64,000 nucleotides of DNA from an uncultured delta proteobacterium (lineage in GTDB: Bacteria; Desulfobacterota; BSN033; UBA1163). This document shows positions 30,294-40,850 of this stretch, in pieces. Position 1 is the stretch's first letter. The number at the start of each line of letters is the position of its first letter. Both the position numbers and the translations under genes were made by a program. Under the pieces are notes generated by a model that had not been told where the DNA came from, ran no database searches, and saw nothing but the letters and a program-made list of their open reading frames with translations. The DNA lies in NCBI GenBank assembly GCA_963708295.1, contig CAVPSJ010000004.1, positions 160,001-224,000 of the forward strand, given 5' to 3'.

Positions 30294-32033
30294 ATGTACC
30301 CTACCTTGATAAATGCCCTTGCCCTAGGCTATGAGAGGATTGTGGCCTGGGCCGACATCCTTGATCGGATCAATGTCTACCCAGTGCCGGACGGCGACAC
30401 GGGTCGCAATCTCGTCATCACCCTGGGCACCTGCAGGAATATCAACCGAGACCCCGACTCCCTGAGCCGGGAGATCCTGCTTGCCGCTAGAGGCAACTCC
30501 GGGAACATCGTCGCCGGCTTCCTCGCCGGATTCCTCACCTGCAAGGACTTGCCGTCCCTGCCGGCATCAGCCGAGGCCGGCCGTGATCTCGCGTACAAGG
30601 CTGTTCCCAATCCTCAACAAGGAACGATGATTTCTCTGTTCGATACCCTGGTCACCTCCCTGAAGAAAAACCCCCCTGAAGAGACAGGGAGATGGGTGGA
30701 GGCAGTCATTCATGACCTGGAAGAGACGGTGAGAAATACCCGGGAGCAGTTGCCGGAACTCAAAAAGGCAGGCGTGGTAGACGCAGGGGCCCTCGGTATG
30801 CTCGTCTTCTTGGATCCCTTGTTGAACACGTTGGCTGGCCGGGCGGTCAGACCCTCCCTCTTCATGGATGATCTAAAAGACTCCTTCAACCTCTCCGAGT
30901 CCTGGGAGGAGCGGAACTTCCAGGGATACTGCTTTGATGTCTTGCTCAAGATCGATCATGAAGAACAGGAAGTTGTGAAACACGTCATAGATGTGGGAGA
31001 ATCGGTGGTCGCCATGCCCCATGGGGAGTGCCTCAAAGTACACCTCCATGCCACGGACAGAGAGAAGGTCAAACAAGACCTGACCTCCCTCGGAGCCATC
31101 CTGAGCTGGGCCGAAGACGACCTCGCGGAGCAGACCTTTCGGTTCAGTGAACCCAGAAAAAAACAGGCCATTCATATCTTGACGGACGCGGCTGGTTCCA
31201 TCACGAGGGATCAGGCTCACAGCCTTGGAATCACACTCCTCAACAGTTACATCGCTGTCGGGAATCGTTTTCTCCCTGAGACCTATGTGGACTCTTCCCA
31301 GTTCTTTACGGCTATGAAGGCCGGGGCCAAAGTCTCCACGGGCCAAGCCTCCGCCGTGGAACGACAGGAGTGCTATAACAACGTCATCAAAACTCATGAC
31401 CGGGTCCTCTATCTCTGCGTGGGCTCCTTCTACACCGGCAATTACGATGTGGCCATCCGATGGAAAGCTGAGAATGATCCCGAAGACCGGATGACCATCC
31501 TCGACACAGGGGTCGCCTCCGGAAAGCTCGGTCTCGTCGCCAGGGCTGCGGCTGAACTCTCTCTCACCGTCAGCGACCCGATGGAAGTCATCGCGTTTGC
31601 CAGGGGCGCGATTCAGAAAGTACAGGAATATATTTTCCTCGACACGCTGCAATTTCTAGCAGCCGGAGGCCGGATGTCAAAGACGGGCGCCTTCTTTGGC
31701 GACGTCCTTCGTATCAAACCGATCGTCAGCCCCTTCCCAGACGGGGCTCGGAAGATCGGGGTGGTGAGAAGCACCAGGGATCAAGTCAAATTCGCCTTCC
31801 GTCATCTTGAGCAAGATATCTCAAAAGATCAAAGGGCCACCCTGCTTCTCGAATACACCGACAACAAGCAGTGGCTCGAGGGGGAGATCAAACCGGAGAT
31901 CGAGCGCAGATTTCCTTTGGTGAAAGTTATCTTACAATCTCTCTCCCTGACCTCTGCTGCCCACATGGGACCGGGTTCCTGGGGCATCGCCTTCCTCACA
32001 GAAGACTCTCCAAAGGATGATTCGCATGTCTGA
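30294..32033 (+). CDS. DAK2-DegV fusion (fatty acid kinase FakA/FakB-like)
   Basis: INVYPVPDGDTGRN, ARGNSG, GVVDAGA, LKVHLH followed by DegV features TDAAGS, AGGRM, AHMGPG. Confidence 0.9.
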   Translation: MYPTLINALALGYERIVAWADILDRINVYPVPDGDTGRNLVITLGTCRNINRDPDSLSREILLAARGNSGNIVAGFLAGFLTCKDLPSLPASAEAGRDLAYKAVPNPQQGTMISLFDTLVTSLKKNPPEETGRWVEAVIHDLEETVRNTREQLPELKKAGVVDAGALGMLVFLDPLLNTLAGRAVRPSLFMDDLKDSFNLSESWEERNFQGYCFDVLLKIDHEEQEVVKHVIDVGESVVAMPHGECLKVHLHATDREKVKQDLTSLGAILSWAEDDLAEQTFRFSEPRKKQAIHILTDAAGSITRDQAHSLGITLLNSYIAVGNRFLPETYVDSSQFFTAMKAGAKVSTGQASAVERQECYNNVIKTHDRVLYLCVGSFYTGNYDVAIRWKAENDPEDRMTILDTGVASGKLGLVARAAAELSLTVSDPMEVIAFARGAIQKVQEYIFLDTLQFLAAGGRMSKTGAFFGDVLRIKPIVSPFPDGARKIGVVRSTRDQVKFAFRHLEQDISKDQRATLLLEYTDNKQWLEGEIKPEIERRFPLVKVILQSLSLTSAAHMGPGSWGIAFLTEDSPKDDSHV

Positions 32034-32847
32034 GATATTTTTTCGCAGCATCAAAGGACTTCTGATGTTTGCCCTTTTCGGTCTTTTTCTCCTCGGCATC
32101 TTTATTGAACTCCTGATCATTCTTCCGATCCTCTGGGTCCTCAACAGAATCCTTGGGCCTCAGCCTTACCGGATGCAGTGGACCATCCGCACCCTCGTGG
32201 GCCTGTGGCTTTTCCTGCTGAGAGGATGCGGGCTGCTCAAGGCCGCGAAGCTCAAAGGAAAACTCTTCGATGGATCATGCGTGGTCGTTTCCAACCATCC
32301 TGGTCTCTTCGATGTGCTCTTCCTGATCCGGGATGTCCCGCGCCTGTCCGTCATGGTTAAACAATCTCTGGCAAAAAAACTTCCTCTCGGCCCGGTTTTT
32401 CGCTCAGCCGGGTATGTCCTCTCTCCCGACTTCGACCGGAGGGGCCCGTTCCAGTGCCTCGATGAGGCCATTGAGAAGATCCGCCTGGGGTACAAGTTTA
32501 TGATTTTCCCAGAAGCCACTCGGTCCCCCAAAGGGAACCTGGGCAAGTTCAATGCCGGCCCGTTCATGCTTGCAAGGCTGTCGAATGTGCCGTTGCAGCC
32601 GCTGTTTGTAAGAAACGATCCGCCCTTTCTCCCGAAGGAAGATAAATGGTATTTCCCTCCCTCCCGGGTCTCAACCCTTGAGATTGAATTCTGGGAACCC
32701 ATCGATCCACCCAAGCCGGGGCAGGAGAAGGAGTTTGCCAGGAACCTGGAGGCTCGATACAGGAAGGCGTTGGGCTTAGTCTCTGAAAGAAACAGCGGTG
32801 TGGATGCAGAGGGAGGAAATGGAACAGAACCAACCCCTTCCAGCTGA
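32026..32847 (+). CDS. PlsC-like acyltransferase (ApeD-like)
   Basis: SNHPGLFD, FPEATRS. Confidence 0.9.
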   Translation: MSEIFFRSIKGLLMFALFGLFLLGIFIELLIILPILWVLNRILGPQPYRMQWTIRTLVGLWLFLLRGCGLLKAAKLKGKLFDGSCVVVSNHPGLFDVLFLIRDVPRLSVMVKQSLAKKLPLGPVFRSAGYVLSPDFDRRGPFQCLDEAIEKIRLGYKFMIFPEATRSPKGNLGKFNAGPFMLARLSNVPLQPLFVRNDPPFLPKEDKWYFPPSRVSTLEIEFWEPIDPPKPGQEKEFARNLEARYRKALGLVSERNSGVDAEGGNGTEPTPSS

Positions 32848-33286
32848 ACCTCTCATCCCGCACCGGCTCCGAATGAGACTCATCGATTGGGTGAAGGCAC
32901 CCACTCAGAGCGGTTTGCAGGCTGAGACGACCGTTACAGAAGCGTGGCCTCTCGACAAAGACGGAAAGGTCAGTTCCCTGATTTGTGTTGAGCTTGTGGC
33001 CCAGGCCATCTCTGCCCTGAGCACATGGCGCCGGGGTGAAGGGGCAAAACCCCGCGTCGGGCTGCTGGTTGGCATCAAAGAAGCAGAATTCTCTTATTCC
33101 AGCATCCCCGTGATGACTAGACTCTTCGTTCAGATTGATGAGCTTTACCATGTCGGGGACTACGCCGTGTTCCAGGGTAAGGTCAGCTCAGAGCTGACTT
33201 TCTTTTGTAAAACGATCATCCAGGTGTTGGAACCGGAAGAGGAAACCCTGTCGAACCTCATCACCTCACAGAGAATCGACTCCTAA
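32819..33286 (+). CDS. Hotdog-fold dehydratase (ApeP-like)
   Basis: LIPHR..MRLID, ELVAQA, GLLVGI. Confidence 0.85.
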   Translation: MEQNQPLPAEPLIPHRLRMRLIDWVKAPTQSGLQAETTVTEAWPLDKDGKVSSLICVELVAQAISALSTWRRGEGAKPRVGLLVGIKEAEFSYSSIPVMTRLFVQIDELYHVGDYAVFQGKVSSELTFFCKTIIQVLEPEEETLSNLITSQRIDS

Positions 33287-33556
33287 GAAACTGTGCTATA
33301 AATTGACGAGGATCCACTTCCGCGTCGCAAGACGGGACAGGTGGTCGGGTAACGAAGCTTTAGAGCGGAAACCTTTAATCAGTCAGCTACTGGCCTGCAA
33401 GCCCCTGAAAAAAATGTACTTGCGACAAGCTCGATGACCGATGATTATAGATGACCGCATTCTAAAGCTGAGGAATCTGACCGTCTGTCCCGAGAATATC
33501 TACTCTCCTTCATGGTTAAGACAAGCTCTCTAAGAGAAGGAGAACGGAGGCCTATA

Positions 33557-34282
33557 ATGTCTAAACAGATTGCCCTCGTGACGGGCGGAAGTCGAGGAAT
33601 CGGACGCGCCATCTGCCTCGAGCTGGCGAAGAGCGGCTCCTATGTGGTGGTCAATTTCCGCTCTAACAAGAAAGCCGCCGAAGAGACACTGGAACTCATC
33701 CACCAGGCTGGAGGGATGGGAGAAATAGTTTGTTTCGATGTCGCTGACAAAGAAGCGACCGGGAAAAACATCGAGGCCCTTCTGACTCGCCATGAGGCGA
33801 TTGATATTCTCGTAAACAACGCAGGAGAAACTGCGGACAGTCTTTTTGCCCTCATGTCTTCCGAGGAATGGACGAAGGTGCTGAACACCTTCTTGCAAGG
33901 ATTCTACAATGTAACAAAGCCTGTTCTGATGAAAATGGTCGCCAGAAAGCGGGGCTCCATTGTGACCATCTCCTCCGTGTCCGCACGGCTCGGCCAACGG
34001 GGCCAGACAAACTACGCGGCTGCCAAGGCCGGCCTTGAAGGGGCTAGCCGATCCTTGGCTTCGGAGGTGGCTCGCCTCGGCATTCGGGTCAATGTGGTGG
34101 CGCCCGGACTGATTGAAACCGAGATGATCCAGAACCTTCCGACGGAGATCATGAAGCAGATCATCCCCATGGGTCGCGTGGGTCTTCCTGAAGAAGTAGC
34201 AAAAGTCGTTCGGTTCCTGTGCTCTGACGATGCCTCCTACATTACCGGCCAGGTCATCTCGGTGAATGGTGGCATGATCTAA
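33557..34282 (+). CDS. fabG: 3-oxoacyl-ACP reductase
   Basis: TGGSRGIG, VNNAG, YAAAK, VAPG, YITGQ. Confidence 0.93.
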   Translation: MSKQIALVTGGSRGIGRAICLELAKSGSYVVVNFRSNKKAAEETLELIHQAGGMGEIVCFDVADKEATGKNIEALLTRHEAIDILVNNAGETADSLFALMSSEEWTKVLNTFLQGFYNVTKPVLMKMVARKRGSIVTISSVSARLGQRGQTNYAAAKAGLEGASRSLASEVARLGIRVNVVAPGLIETEMIQNLPTEIMKQIIPMGRVGLPEEVAKVVRFLCSDDASYITGQVISVNGGMI

Positions 34283-34283
34283 A

Positions 34284-34380
34284 AAGGTTTCTCAAAAACG
34301 CCCCTGCCTACCGGTAGGCAGGCATCTGCGGCGTTGCAACAATTATATATAGTAGGGAACGCATATATGCGTTCCTTACG
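34284..34380. repeat. Nested REP-like palindromes
   Basis: cctgcctaccggtaggcagg and gtagggaacgcatatatgcgttccttac. Confidence 0.7.
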
Positions 34381-34412
34381 GTTTCTAAATGTCCACGATG
34401 AAAGGGAGCAGG

Positions 34413-35024
34413 ATGAGAAAATTTCTTTTTTTGAATGTCCTGGTCACCGTGAGCCTCTTCTCCGCTACGCCAGCACTCTCCCAGGATTGGACCTCGCTCA
34501 AAGAGGCGTTCAAGAACATTCGATCCGTGAAGGCGGATTTCCTTCAGAAGAGATTTCTTCAGATCCTCACGAAACCCTTCCTCTCCGAAGGAAAGCTCTT
34601 TTTCAACACCCCCGATTCCCTGAGATGGGAATACCTCAGCCCGTTGCGGACCGTGATGCTTCAGAAGGGAAGTACCATTCAGGTATACAATTTCTCCGAG
34701 GGTAAGTGGAAGCCAGAAATGACACAGGCCGTTGAGGCAAGGCGGATGGTACTCGCGGAAATCAGTCGATGGTTTCAGGGTCGTTTCAATGAAAGCAAGA
34801 CATTCAAGCAGGACTACTCTCCGGGACCTCCTGCGCGAGTCACGATGGTCCCGGGGGAGGGAATCAACAGGTTCATCCAGCGGATTGAGATTGTCCTCGC
34901 TGCGAGGCCCGGTGTTATTGACCGGGTGGAGATAGAGGAACCCGGAGGCTCCCGAACGTCAATTGAATTCAGGAACGTGGAGATCAATTCCAATTTCTCT
35001 CCAGAGGTCTTCGAGAAACCATGA
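34413..35024 (+). CDS. LolA-like lipoprotein carrier
   Basis: Signal peptide, ADFLQKR, SEGKLFF..P..LRWEY. Confidence 0.85.
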   Translation: MRKFLFLNVLVTVSLFSATPALSQDWTSLKEAFKNIRSVKADFLQKRFLQILTKPFLSEGKLFFNTPDSLRWEYLSPLRTVMLQKGSTIQVYNFSEGKWKPEMTQAVEARRMVLAEISRWFQGRFNESKTFKQDYSPGPPARVTMVPGEGINRFIQRIEIVLAARPGVIDRVEIEEPGGSRTSIEFRNVEINSNFSPEVFEKP

Positions 35025-35677
35025 CCTCGAGGAAATGTCTCGATATCTGTCTTCTGGGATTTTTCATCCTCTCTGTCGGGTGTGTCTCCCTATCGGAGAA
35101 AACCCTGGTGCCAGGCTCGCCCGATGATCTTCCAGGTTGCTACGCCGTCTTTCCTGCTGTGCCATGGGAGTCTGTGCATAAGCTTGAGGCCACCATCAGA
35201 GGAGGAGGCTCTTTCTCGCTGCTCGGGGTTACCAAGGGCGAACCATCGGAGCGCAGGCTTCAGAGCCTCTTGCTTACCCCTGAGGGATTCATCCTATTCG
35301 ATGCAGAACTCCAGGATGGTGAAATGGCCGTACGAAAGGCTATGGTTCCTTTCGACTCACCGGCCTTTGCCGGAGGGCTGATGGAGGATGTGTCTCTCCT
35401 CTTTCTTCCTCCAAAGGATAAGCCCACAGGATGGGAAAAGAAAGCGGATGGTACGATGATCTGCAACTGGAGAGGCCCTGACGATTCTCATACAGAGGTT
35501 AAGGGATCGATGGAAGGCGGCTGGCGAATCCTGCGCCGGGATAAATATAGAGAGGTGATAAAGGAGGTTGCCCTGAAAGGACCATTTGTCAACGGTCTTG
35601 CCTCTCATGTGGAACTCCACGCATTCGAACCAACATCCTACAAATTGAGGATGACCTTGGTCCAGCCATCCCCCTGA
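35021..35677 (+). CDS. Lipoprotein, possibly DUF3261-like
   Basis: Lipobox SVGC; LLTPEG.ILF segment; position after LolA in the cluster. Confidence 0.55.
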   Translation: MTSRKCLDICLLGFFILSVGCVSLSEKTLVPGSPDDLPGCYAVFPAVPWESVHKLEATIRGGGSFSLLGVTKGEPSERRLQSLLLTPEGFILFDAELQDGEMAVRKAMVPFDSPAFAGGLMEDVSLLFLPPKDKPTGWEKKADGTMICNWRGPDDSHTEVKGSMEGGWRILRRDKYREVIKEVALKGPFVNGLASHVELHAFEPTSYKLRMTLVQPSP

Positions 35678-35690
35678 TGCCTAAAAGAAG

Positions 35691-35891
35691 ATGCCTGAAA
35701 AGAAAGTTTTTATTTTAATGTGCGAAGAAGTTGAAGGAGAAGCTCAGGTCTGCCGGTTCTATGGCTTCGAATTCCCAGAGCAAGAAGTCCTTCCTATTAA
35801 AGAAATAATTGAAAAGCGATCCGTCTGGATGTTGAGTACCTGTACTCGTGATTTTCTAAAATCCTCCTTCTATACAACCTTTAAGTGGTAA
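35691..35891 (+). CDS. Small hypothetical protein
   Basis: 66-aa ORF directly downstream, co-oriented; no recognisable motif. Confidence 0.3.
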   Translation: MPEKKVFILMCEEVEGEAQVCRFYGFEFPEQEVLPIKEIIEKRSVWMLSTCTRDFLKSSFYTTFKW

Positions 35892-36021
35892 TCAATAATT
35901 CTTGCAATAATTCTTGTTGAAGTTTCCGTTCAAAATGAGTAAACTTTTGTCAAACCATAGGGGTTTAGACCAACCTCCTAACTAATCTTTGCGGGTTCCC
36001 TGCAAAACGTTTGCTCTAACC

Positions 36022-37806
36022 ATGAACCGGTTGCGCATCATTGTTTTGTCGTTTATCCTACTTTGCCTGAACTGCAGCTCCCTGCACCCGGATCGACCTG
36101 TCTTCGAAAGGGGAGATTTTCAAGGGGCGGCAGCCGTTCTCGATACCATCATCAGGAATAACCTGAAGCAGCAGCGGATCCCCGGCGCCGCCGTCGCCCT
36201 GGTGCATGAGGGTCGGGTGATCTTCTCGCGATGCTATGGGTATGCGGATACCGGAAAAAAGGTTCCAATTACAGAAGACACCTATTTCATGGTCGGTTCC
36301 CTGACAAAATCCTTTACGGCGCTGGCCGTACTCAAACTCATCGAACAGGGAAAAATCGATCCGAATATCGATATAAAAACTTATCTCCCCGGTTTTTCCA
36401 TCAGAAACCTTTATGAGGGTGAAGCCACGATCACCGTCAACCACCTTCTCACGCATACGTCAGGACTGATGATTGATTATTATGCCCATTTGACCGGTGA
36501 AAAAAAGTATTCCAACGCCGATCTCCTCTCCCAATTACAAAATGAATACCTCTGCTTTATGCCGGGCTCTGCCTCCAAGTATTCGAATATCGGATACCGG
36601 CTGCTCGGCATGATGATCGAGCAGGTCACCCATGAGGGATTTGAAAGCTATGTTGATAAAGAAGTTTTTAAACTCCTCGGGATGAACAAGTCATCCTTTC
36701 ATTATACGGAGGATATGGCTCTTCACATGTCCAAGGGCCATAATGGTGATACAGAGATCACAAGAGTTGACAATGAGGATAAGTCTGCCAGCGGCCTATT
36801 CAGCACGCTGAAGGATATGACCGTATTCTTGAAATTTCTGTCCTCCAGGACTATCCCCTCAACGGGGGGAATCAATCATGATGCCATCATCGATTCAATC
36901 ATAAAGAATGCCAATCCTGCTATCGACACGTTTTACGACAGCAAAAACATATATTCTACCGGATGGTATTTGAATTCCTATCAGTTCCAGGGCATCCATA
37001 CGGTGCTCTCCAGCAGCGGGAATATCAACGGTTTCTCCACGGCAATGACGTACCTCCCTGAAGAGAGACTCGGAATCGTCGTTTTGACGAATTCATCTCT
37101 TGGATGGAAAGCTAACATGGATATCATCGCCAGGGGCCTCCGTGGTTTGGTTGACGCGACCAGAGGCACCGCAACCCGGAGGCCCGACGGAGAAAATGAA
37201 AAGAATATCAATTCAACAGCGGAATATGATTCTTTGTGCGGACGGTACGTGGGTTTTGGTCCCATTGTCGATATTTTCCAGAAGAAGAATAGGTTATACG
37301 CAAAGTTTAAAGGCCCTGCGGCCCTGCTTATCCCCGAAGGCGATGGTGTTTTCAAACCCGTTCTCCGAATCCTCTTTTTGGATATCGATGTGGCGCGATT
37401 TACCGAATATGAAAGTATACGGTTCAGATTTGGCAACAATCGACGGGGGGATAAATTCCTCTACATGGAAGCCCGGATAGGCGAATCAACATTCTCAATC
37501 CCCCTTCATCATTACCAGAAAGGCGATATCCCGAAGACCTACAGCCGCTATTATGGCACCTGGGTTTTAGATGAAAATGATACTTACCCGAATATCCTGA
37601 AACTCTATCTGCCATCCAATCGATTGACTTTTTTCGAAAAGGACGGATGGCCCACGATTAAAATAAATACCTGGATGGGTGAGGGACAGCTGCTGCTCGT
37701 ACCGTTGTCAGAAAACCTGGCACGTATCGCCGGCTCGGGGGAAATTGTTTCAATTAACGATGATACGGTAAATTATATCGGGCTTTCTTTTAAGAAAGTC
37801 CGGTGA
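36022..37806 (+). CDS. Serine hydrolase, AmpC/beta-lactamase-related family lipoprotein with extended C-terminus
   Basis: GSLTK (SxxK), LLTHTSG, YSN; lipobox-like LNC. Confidence 0.88.
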   Translation: MNRLRIIVLSFILLCLNCSSLHPDRPVFERGDFQGAAAVLDTIIRNNLKQQRIPGAAVALVHEGRVIFSRCYGYADTGKKVPITEDTYFMVGSLTKSFTALAVLKLIEQGKIDPNIDIKTYLPGFSIRNLYEGEATITVNHLLTHTSGLMIDYYAHLTGEKKYSNADLLSQLQNEYLCFMPGSASKYSNIGYRLLGMMIEQVTHEGFESYVDKEVFKLLGMNKSSFHYTEDMALHMSKGHNGDTEITRVDNEDKSASGLFSTLKDMTVFLKFLSSRTIPSTGGINHDAIIDSIIKNANPAIDTFYDSKNIYSTGWYLNSYQFQGIHTVLSSSGNINGFSTAMTYLPEERLGIVVLTNSSLGWKANMDIIARGLRGLVDATRGTATRRPDGENEKNINSTAEYDSLCGRYVGFGPIVDIFQKKNRLYAKFKGPAALLIPEGDGVFKPVLRILFLDIDVARFTEYESIRFRFGNNRRGDKFLYMEARIGESTFSIPLHHYQKGDIPKTYSRYYGTWVLDENDTYPNILKLYLPSNRLTFFEKDGWPTIKINTWMGEGQLLLVPLSENLARIAGSGEIVSINDDTVNYIGLSFKKVR

Positions 37807-38049
37807 GACAGTCCGGAGCGATCTGGCTGGATCCTCCGCACAATTCTTGGATATAACCCCCTAACGCAGGCCAATCATTACTTTTTGTAGGTGAAAGCCG
37901 TAACATGATTTTTTTGCTCGGCGGGATTTTGGAAAACGAAGACTCCTTCCTGTAACTTGCTGTTCCATAATTCTTGAAAATCGCTTATATTAATACCACA
38001 AATGAACAATGGGGTTCTGCCCCTCAACCGAAGTGTTATGGAGAAGTAA

Positions 38050-38250
38050 AGAACCCCCCCACAGGGCGGGGCTTTAAAACCTAAATTCTAAAGCCCAAAA
38101 CCGAGATCCCGAAACAAGTTCGGGATGACAAAAAGATCAGAACCGAACCGTCATGTCATGCTGAACTTGTTTCAGCATCTGATTTATTTTTTCTGCTTTC
38201 AGCAGACGCACCTTTCATCCCCGTCCACAGGACGGGGTTTTCAGGTGCGA
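38050..38250. mobile_element. Non-autonomous IS200/IS605-like remnant (PATE-like) with nested inverted palindromes
   Basis: Related hairpins cccccacagggcgggg (~38055-38071) and ccccgtccacaggacgggg within gcacct...aggtgc (38208-38248); no transposase ORF. Confidence 0.55.
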
Positions 38251-38390
38251 TCTTAATAAAATGAAAAGCATCCTCATCACAATAATTGCTCTTCTGTTGG
38301 TGCAATCGACATTTGCGTCGCAAGAGGGTATGCTTTAATTCTCTGAATTTAAAATTCAATCAAACGCGATTGCTGAGTCTGGTGTTGCAA

Positions 38391-39263
38391 ATGATAAAAA
38401 AATATGCACTTCCATTAATGTTTATCATCGTATTTACTGTGGTTGGTCTATGTGTTTTTGCATTCAAACAACCGGTGGAATACTTCTTTCTATTTGCGGG
38501 AATGGGCACTGCTCAAGCGTTTTGTGAATGGCTGACTATATTTTATCCTTCAAAAAAACAAACCATTAGAAGAATCTTTCAGGCCTCTGTTGGAGGGATG
38601 CTTTTTATCTGGTTATCTTTACGTGTGGGTGTTAATTTTCAATTTACTCAGATAGTTTTTGGTTTTTTTGGCGGTGTTACAACGGCTGCATTAATACAGT
38701 TTATTATAGCAAGAATTGTATTCCCCTTTTTTATTGGAAATGGTTTTTGTTCAAGAGCATGCTGGGATGGTGTTATTTTTGAACTTGTTCAGGATAAAAT
38801 TCCTAAAGCAAAACACCCAAGAAAAAGAAATGAGGTAATTGCATTCTCATATTTAATCGGATTAATTTTAATCGGAGCAATTGTCTCATCAATCAATAAC
38901 CCGGCAACTAATGAATCTGTCTCTCGATATTGGATTGTGGGTGAAAATCTAGTATTATTGACCTTGGGAATCGGACTATCAGGTTTTTGGGGAAGTAGAA
39001 TATATTGCAGAACTTTTTGTCCATTTATTTCAGTCTCAGGGATTTTATCAAAGTTTTCTGTTTTTAAAATAACCCCTATAAATTATACAAAGTGCACCTC
39101 CTGTGGCGAATGTAATAAGTCATGTCCTATGTTGGTAGATGTTCGTGAATCAGTAAAAAATAATAAGCGCATCGACCATAAAAGTTGTATTGTTTGTGAG
39201 CATTGTGTGACTGCCTGTCCTGAAGAATGTCTGAGACTGTCTCCTGGTTTACCATGGAAGTAA
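38391..39263 (+). CDS. Membrane 4Fe-4S binding protein (NapH/MauN-like)
   Basis: FCSRACW, YCRTFCP, CTSCGECNKSCP, CIVCEHCVTACP; several TM helices. Confidence 0.88.
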   Translation: MIKKYALPLMFIIVFTVVGLCVFAFKQPVEYFFLFAGMGTAQAFCEWLTIFYPSKKQTIRRIFQASVGGMLFIWLSLRVGVNFQFTQIVFGFFGGVTTAALIQFIIARIVFPFFIGNGFCSRACWDGVIFELVQDKIPKAKHPRKRNEVIAFSYLIGLILIGAIVSSINNPATNESVSRYWIVGENLVLLTLGIGLSGFWGSRIYCRTFCPFISVSGILSKFSVFKITPINYTKCTSCGECNKSCPMLVDVRESVKNNKRIDHKSCIVCEHCVTACPEECLRLSPGLPWK

Positions 39264-39491
39264 TAATTTATATTAATTAAGAAAGTTAGTTTTTCGCCCT
39301 TGAAATGAAAACACGTCACCCCATGCTCCCTTTCATCCCGAAATCATCAATGTCTTATGCGTGGTGCTCCTCATCCTTTGTAGGTGTACTTTGGACCCCT
39401 CTGCATCTTCGGCAATTTTGGAGTTCCCATTTTGGCAAAGAATGAGGGAAAGTAAAATGCGCTTGAGTGAACACCAAGGACAAGGAGGTCG

Positions 39492-40049
39492 ATGATGAAT
39501 ATTTCAGAGGCAATCGCAAAGAGGAAGAGCGTAAGAGCATACTTGGATAAGCCGATTCCCGCCGATGATCTGGCGAAGATCGTCGAGGCCGGCCGGTGGG
39601 CGCCGAATGCCGGACCATTCCAGATTTCGGTGGTCCGCAACGCGGGGTTGCGAAAAAGGATCAATGACCGGACGCTCGATGCCATGGTTCACTCCAACAA
39701 TGAGTTTCTACAACAGCGGGCGTCCCTGCCAGGATATCAACCGATCTACGGCGCGCCGGTGCTGATCCTGCTTTCCGCGCCAGCGAATGCTCCCTACAGC
39801 GCGCTCAATACAGCGCTCGCCGCAGAAAACATGCTCCTCGAAGCGACCGGGCTGGGCCTGGGATCATGTCATCTCATTACTCCCACCTTGGCGTTGAATG
39901 GGGAGAACAATCGTGACCTGGCCCGAGAGGCAGGCATCCCGGATGGCCACGTGGTCCAGTGCGCGGTTATTGTAGGTTACGCCGCGGCTGAGAATAAGTT
40001 CACGGCTAGCGAGCGCACGAGGAAGGGCTCCGTAAACTACGTCGACTGA
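39492..40049 (+). CDS. Nitroreductase family protein
   Basis: RKSVRAY, WAP, ENMLLEATGLGLGSC, VGY. Confidence 0.92.
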   Translation: MMNISEAIAKRKSVRAYLDKPIPADDLAKIVEAGRWAPNAGPFQISVVRNAGLRKRINDRTLDAMVHSNNEFLQQRASLPGYQPIYGAPVLILLSAPANAPYSALNTALAAENMLLEATGLGLGSCHLITPTLALNGENNRDLAREAGIPDGHVVQCAVIVGYAAAENKFTASERTRKGSVNYVD

Positions 40050-40179
40050 AGGTACCTTCCGCCTTGAAAATGGAAGGGAGACGTGTCGGAACACGTCAAC
40101 CGGACACGCCAACCGGAGCGTCGTTGAAGAACAGGTCTTTACACGGAAATGTATAGTGACCATGATTAAACGCGCGATG

Positions 40180-40311
40180 ATGCGGATAGGAACACTTACT
40201 TTGTTTACCTTGCCGCTTCCACTCGCCCTTCTCGCGGCCGCAGCCCCACGAATCGAGACCGGCTTTTTAGACCGGGAGGTCACGCTTGGCAGCGTCAGCT
40301 ATCGCTATCAG
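40180..40311 (+). pseudogene. Truncated N-terminus of a secreted esterase/peptidase
   Basis: Signal peptide then ETGFLDREVTLGSVSYRYQ, after which the sequence loses protein-like character. Confidence 0.45.
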
Positions 40312-40682
40312 GCATACGGAGGTACTGATGTTTCTTCCAAACTGTTTTTCCCTGAGGGACCCATCCCCCTGTCTCCTGAGGCATTCATCCTAGAAAGAAT
40401 AATTCCGCGCGTATTTCTATCAATCATCCCTTACCTTTCGGAGTTACGTACGGTGAACATCAATAGGCGGAGGCGATCACCGGGTTTTTTAACTTTTCCT
40501 TCCCAAAGGCGTGATTTTTAACTCTGGGTTCGAGTTGCGATACTCCAAAGAGGGATCCGCAGCGTGATCGTTTAATAGCCTCTTTGACATTGAATCCCAG
40601 GACTCAATGATTAAATTTTAATCGGGATGTGAATGTGGCTTCTGCTGCCTAATCTATGGATTTGAACGGAGGTGTTTCCGCA

Positions 40683-40850
40683 ATGAGGAGATGGTTGAAT
40701 ATGTTCATGGCGCTCGTGATCTTAACCTTTACGCTTTTCTCTTTTGGGTGCGCAGGGACGTATAGGTCCACTGAGTGTGAGACCCCCGCGTTCAGTGCCA
40801 ACTCGAACTGTATGAACAACTTGAGATACTATGAGAGGTTCGGCTACTAA
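40683..40850 (+). CDS. Small lipoprotein (55 aa)
   Basis: GGAGG RBS, signal peptide with FGC lipobox. Confidence 0.6.
   Translation: MRRWLNMFMALVILTFTLFSFGCAGTYRSTECETPAFSANSNCMNNLRYYERFGY

Noticed and set aside
36022-37806. True class C beta-lactamase resistance gene
   Set aside because: SxxK and YxN are shared across the wider esterase/peptidase family; the KTG motif is replaced by SSG and there is a long extra C-terminus.
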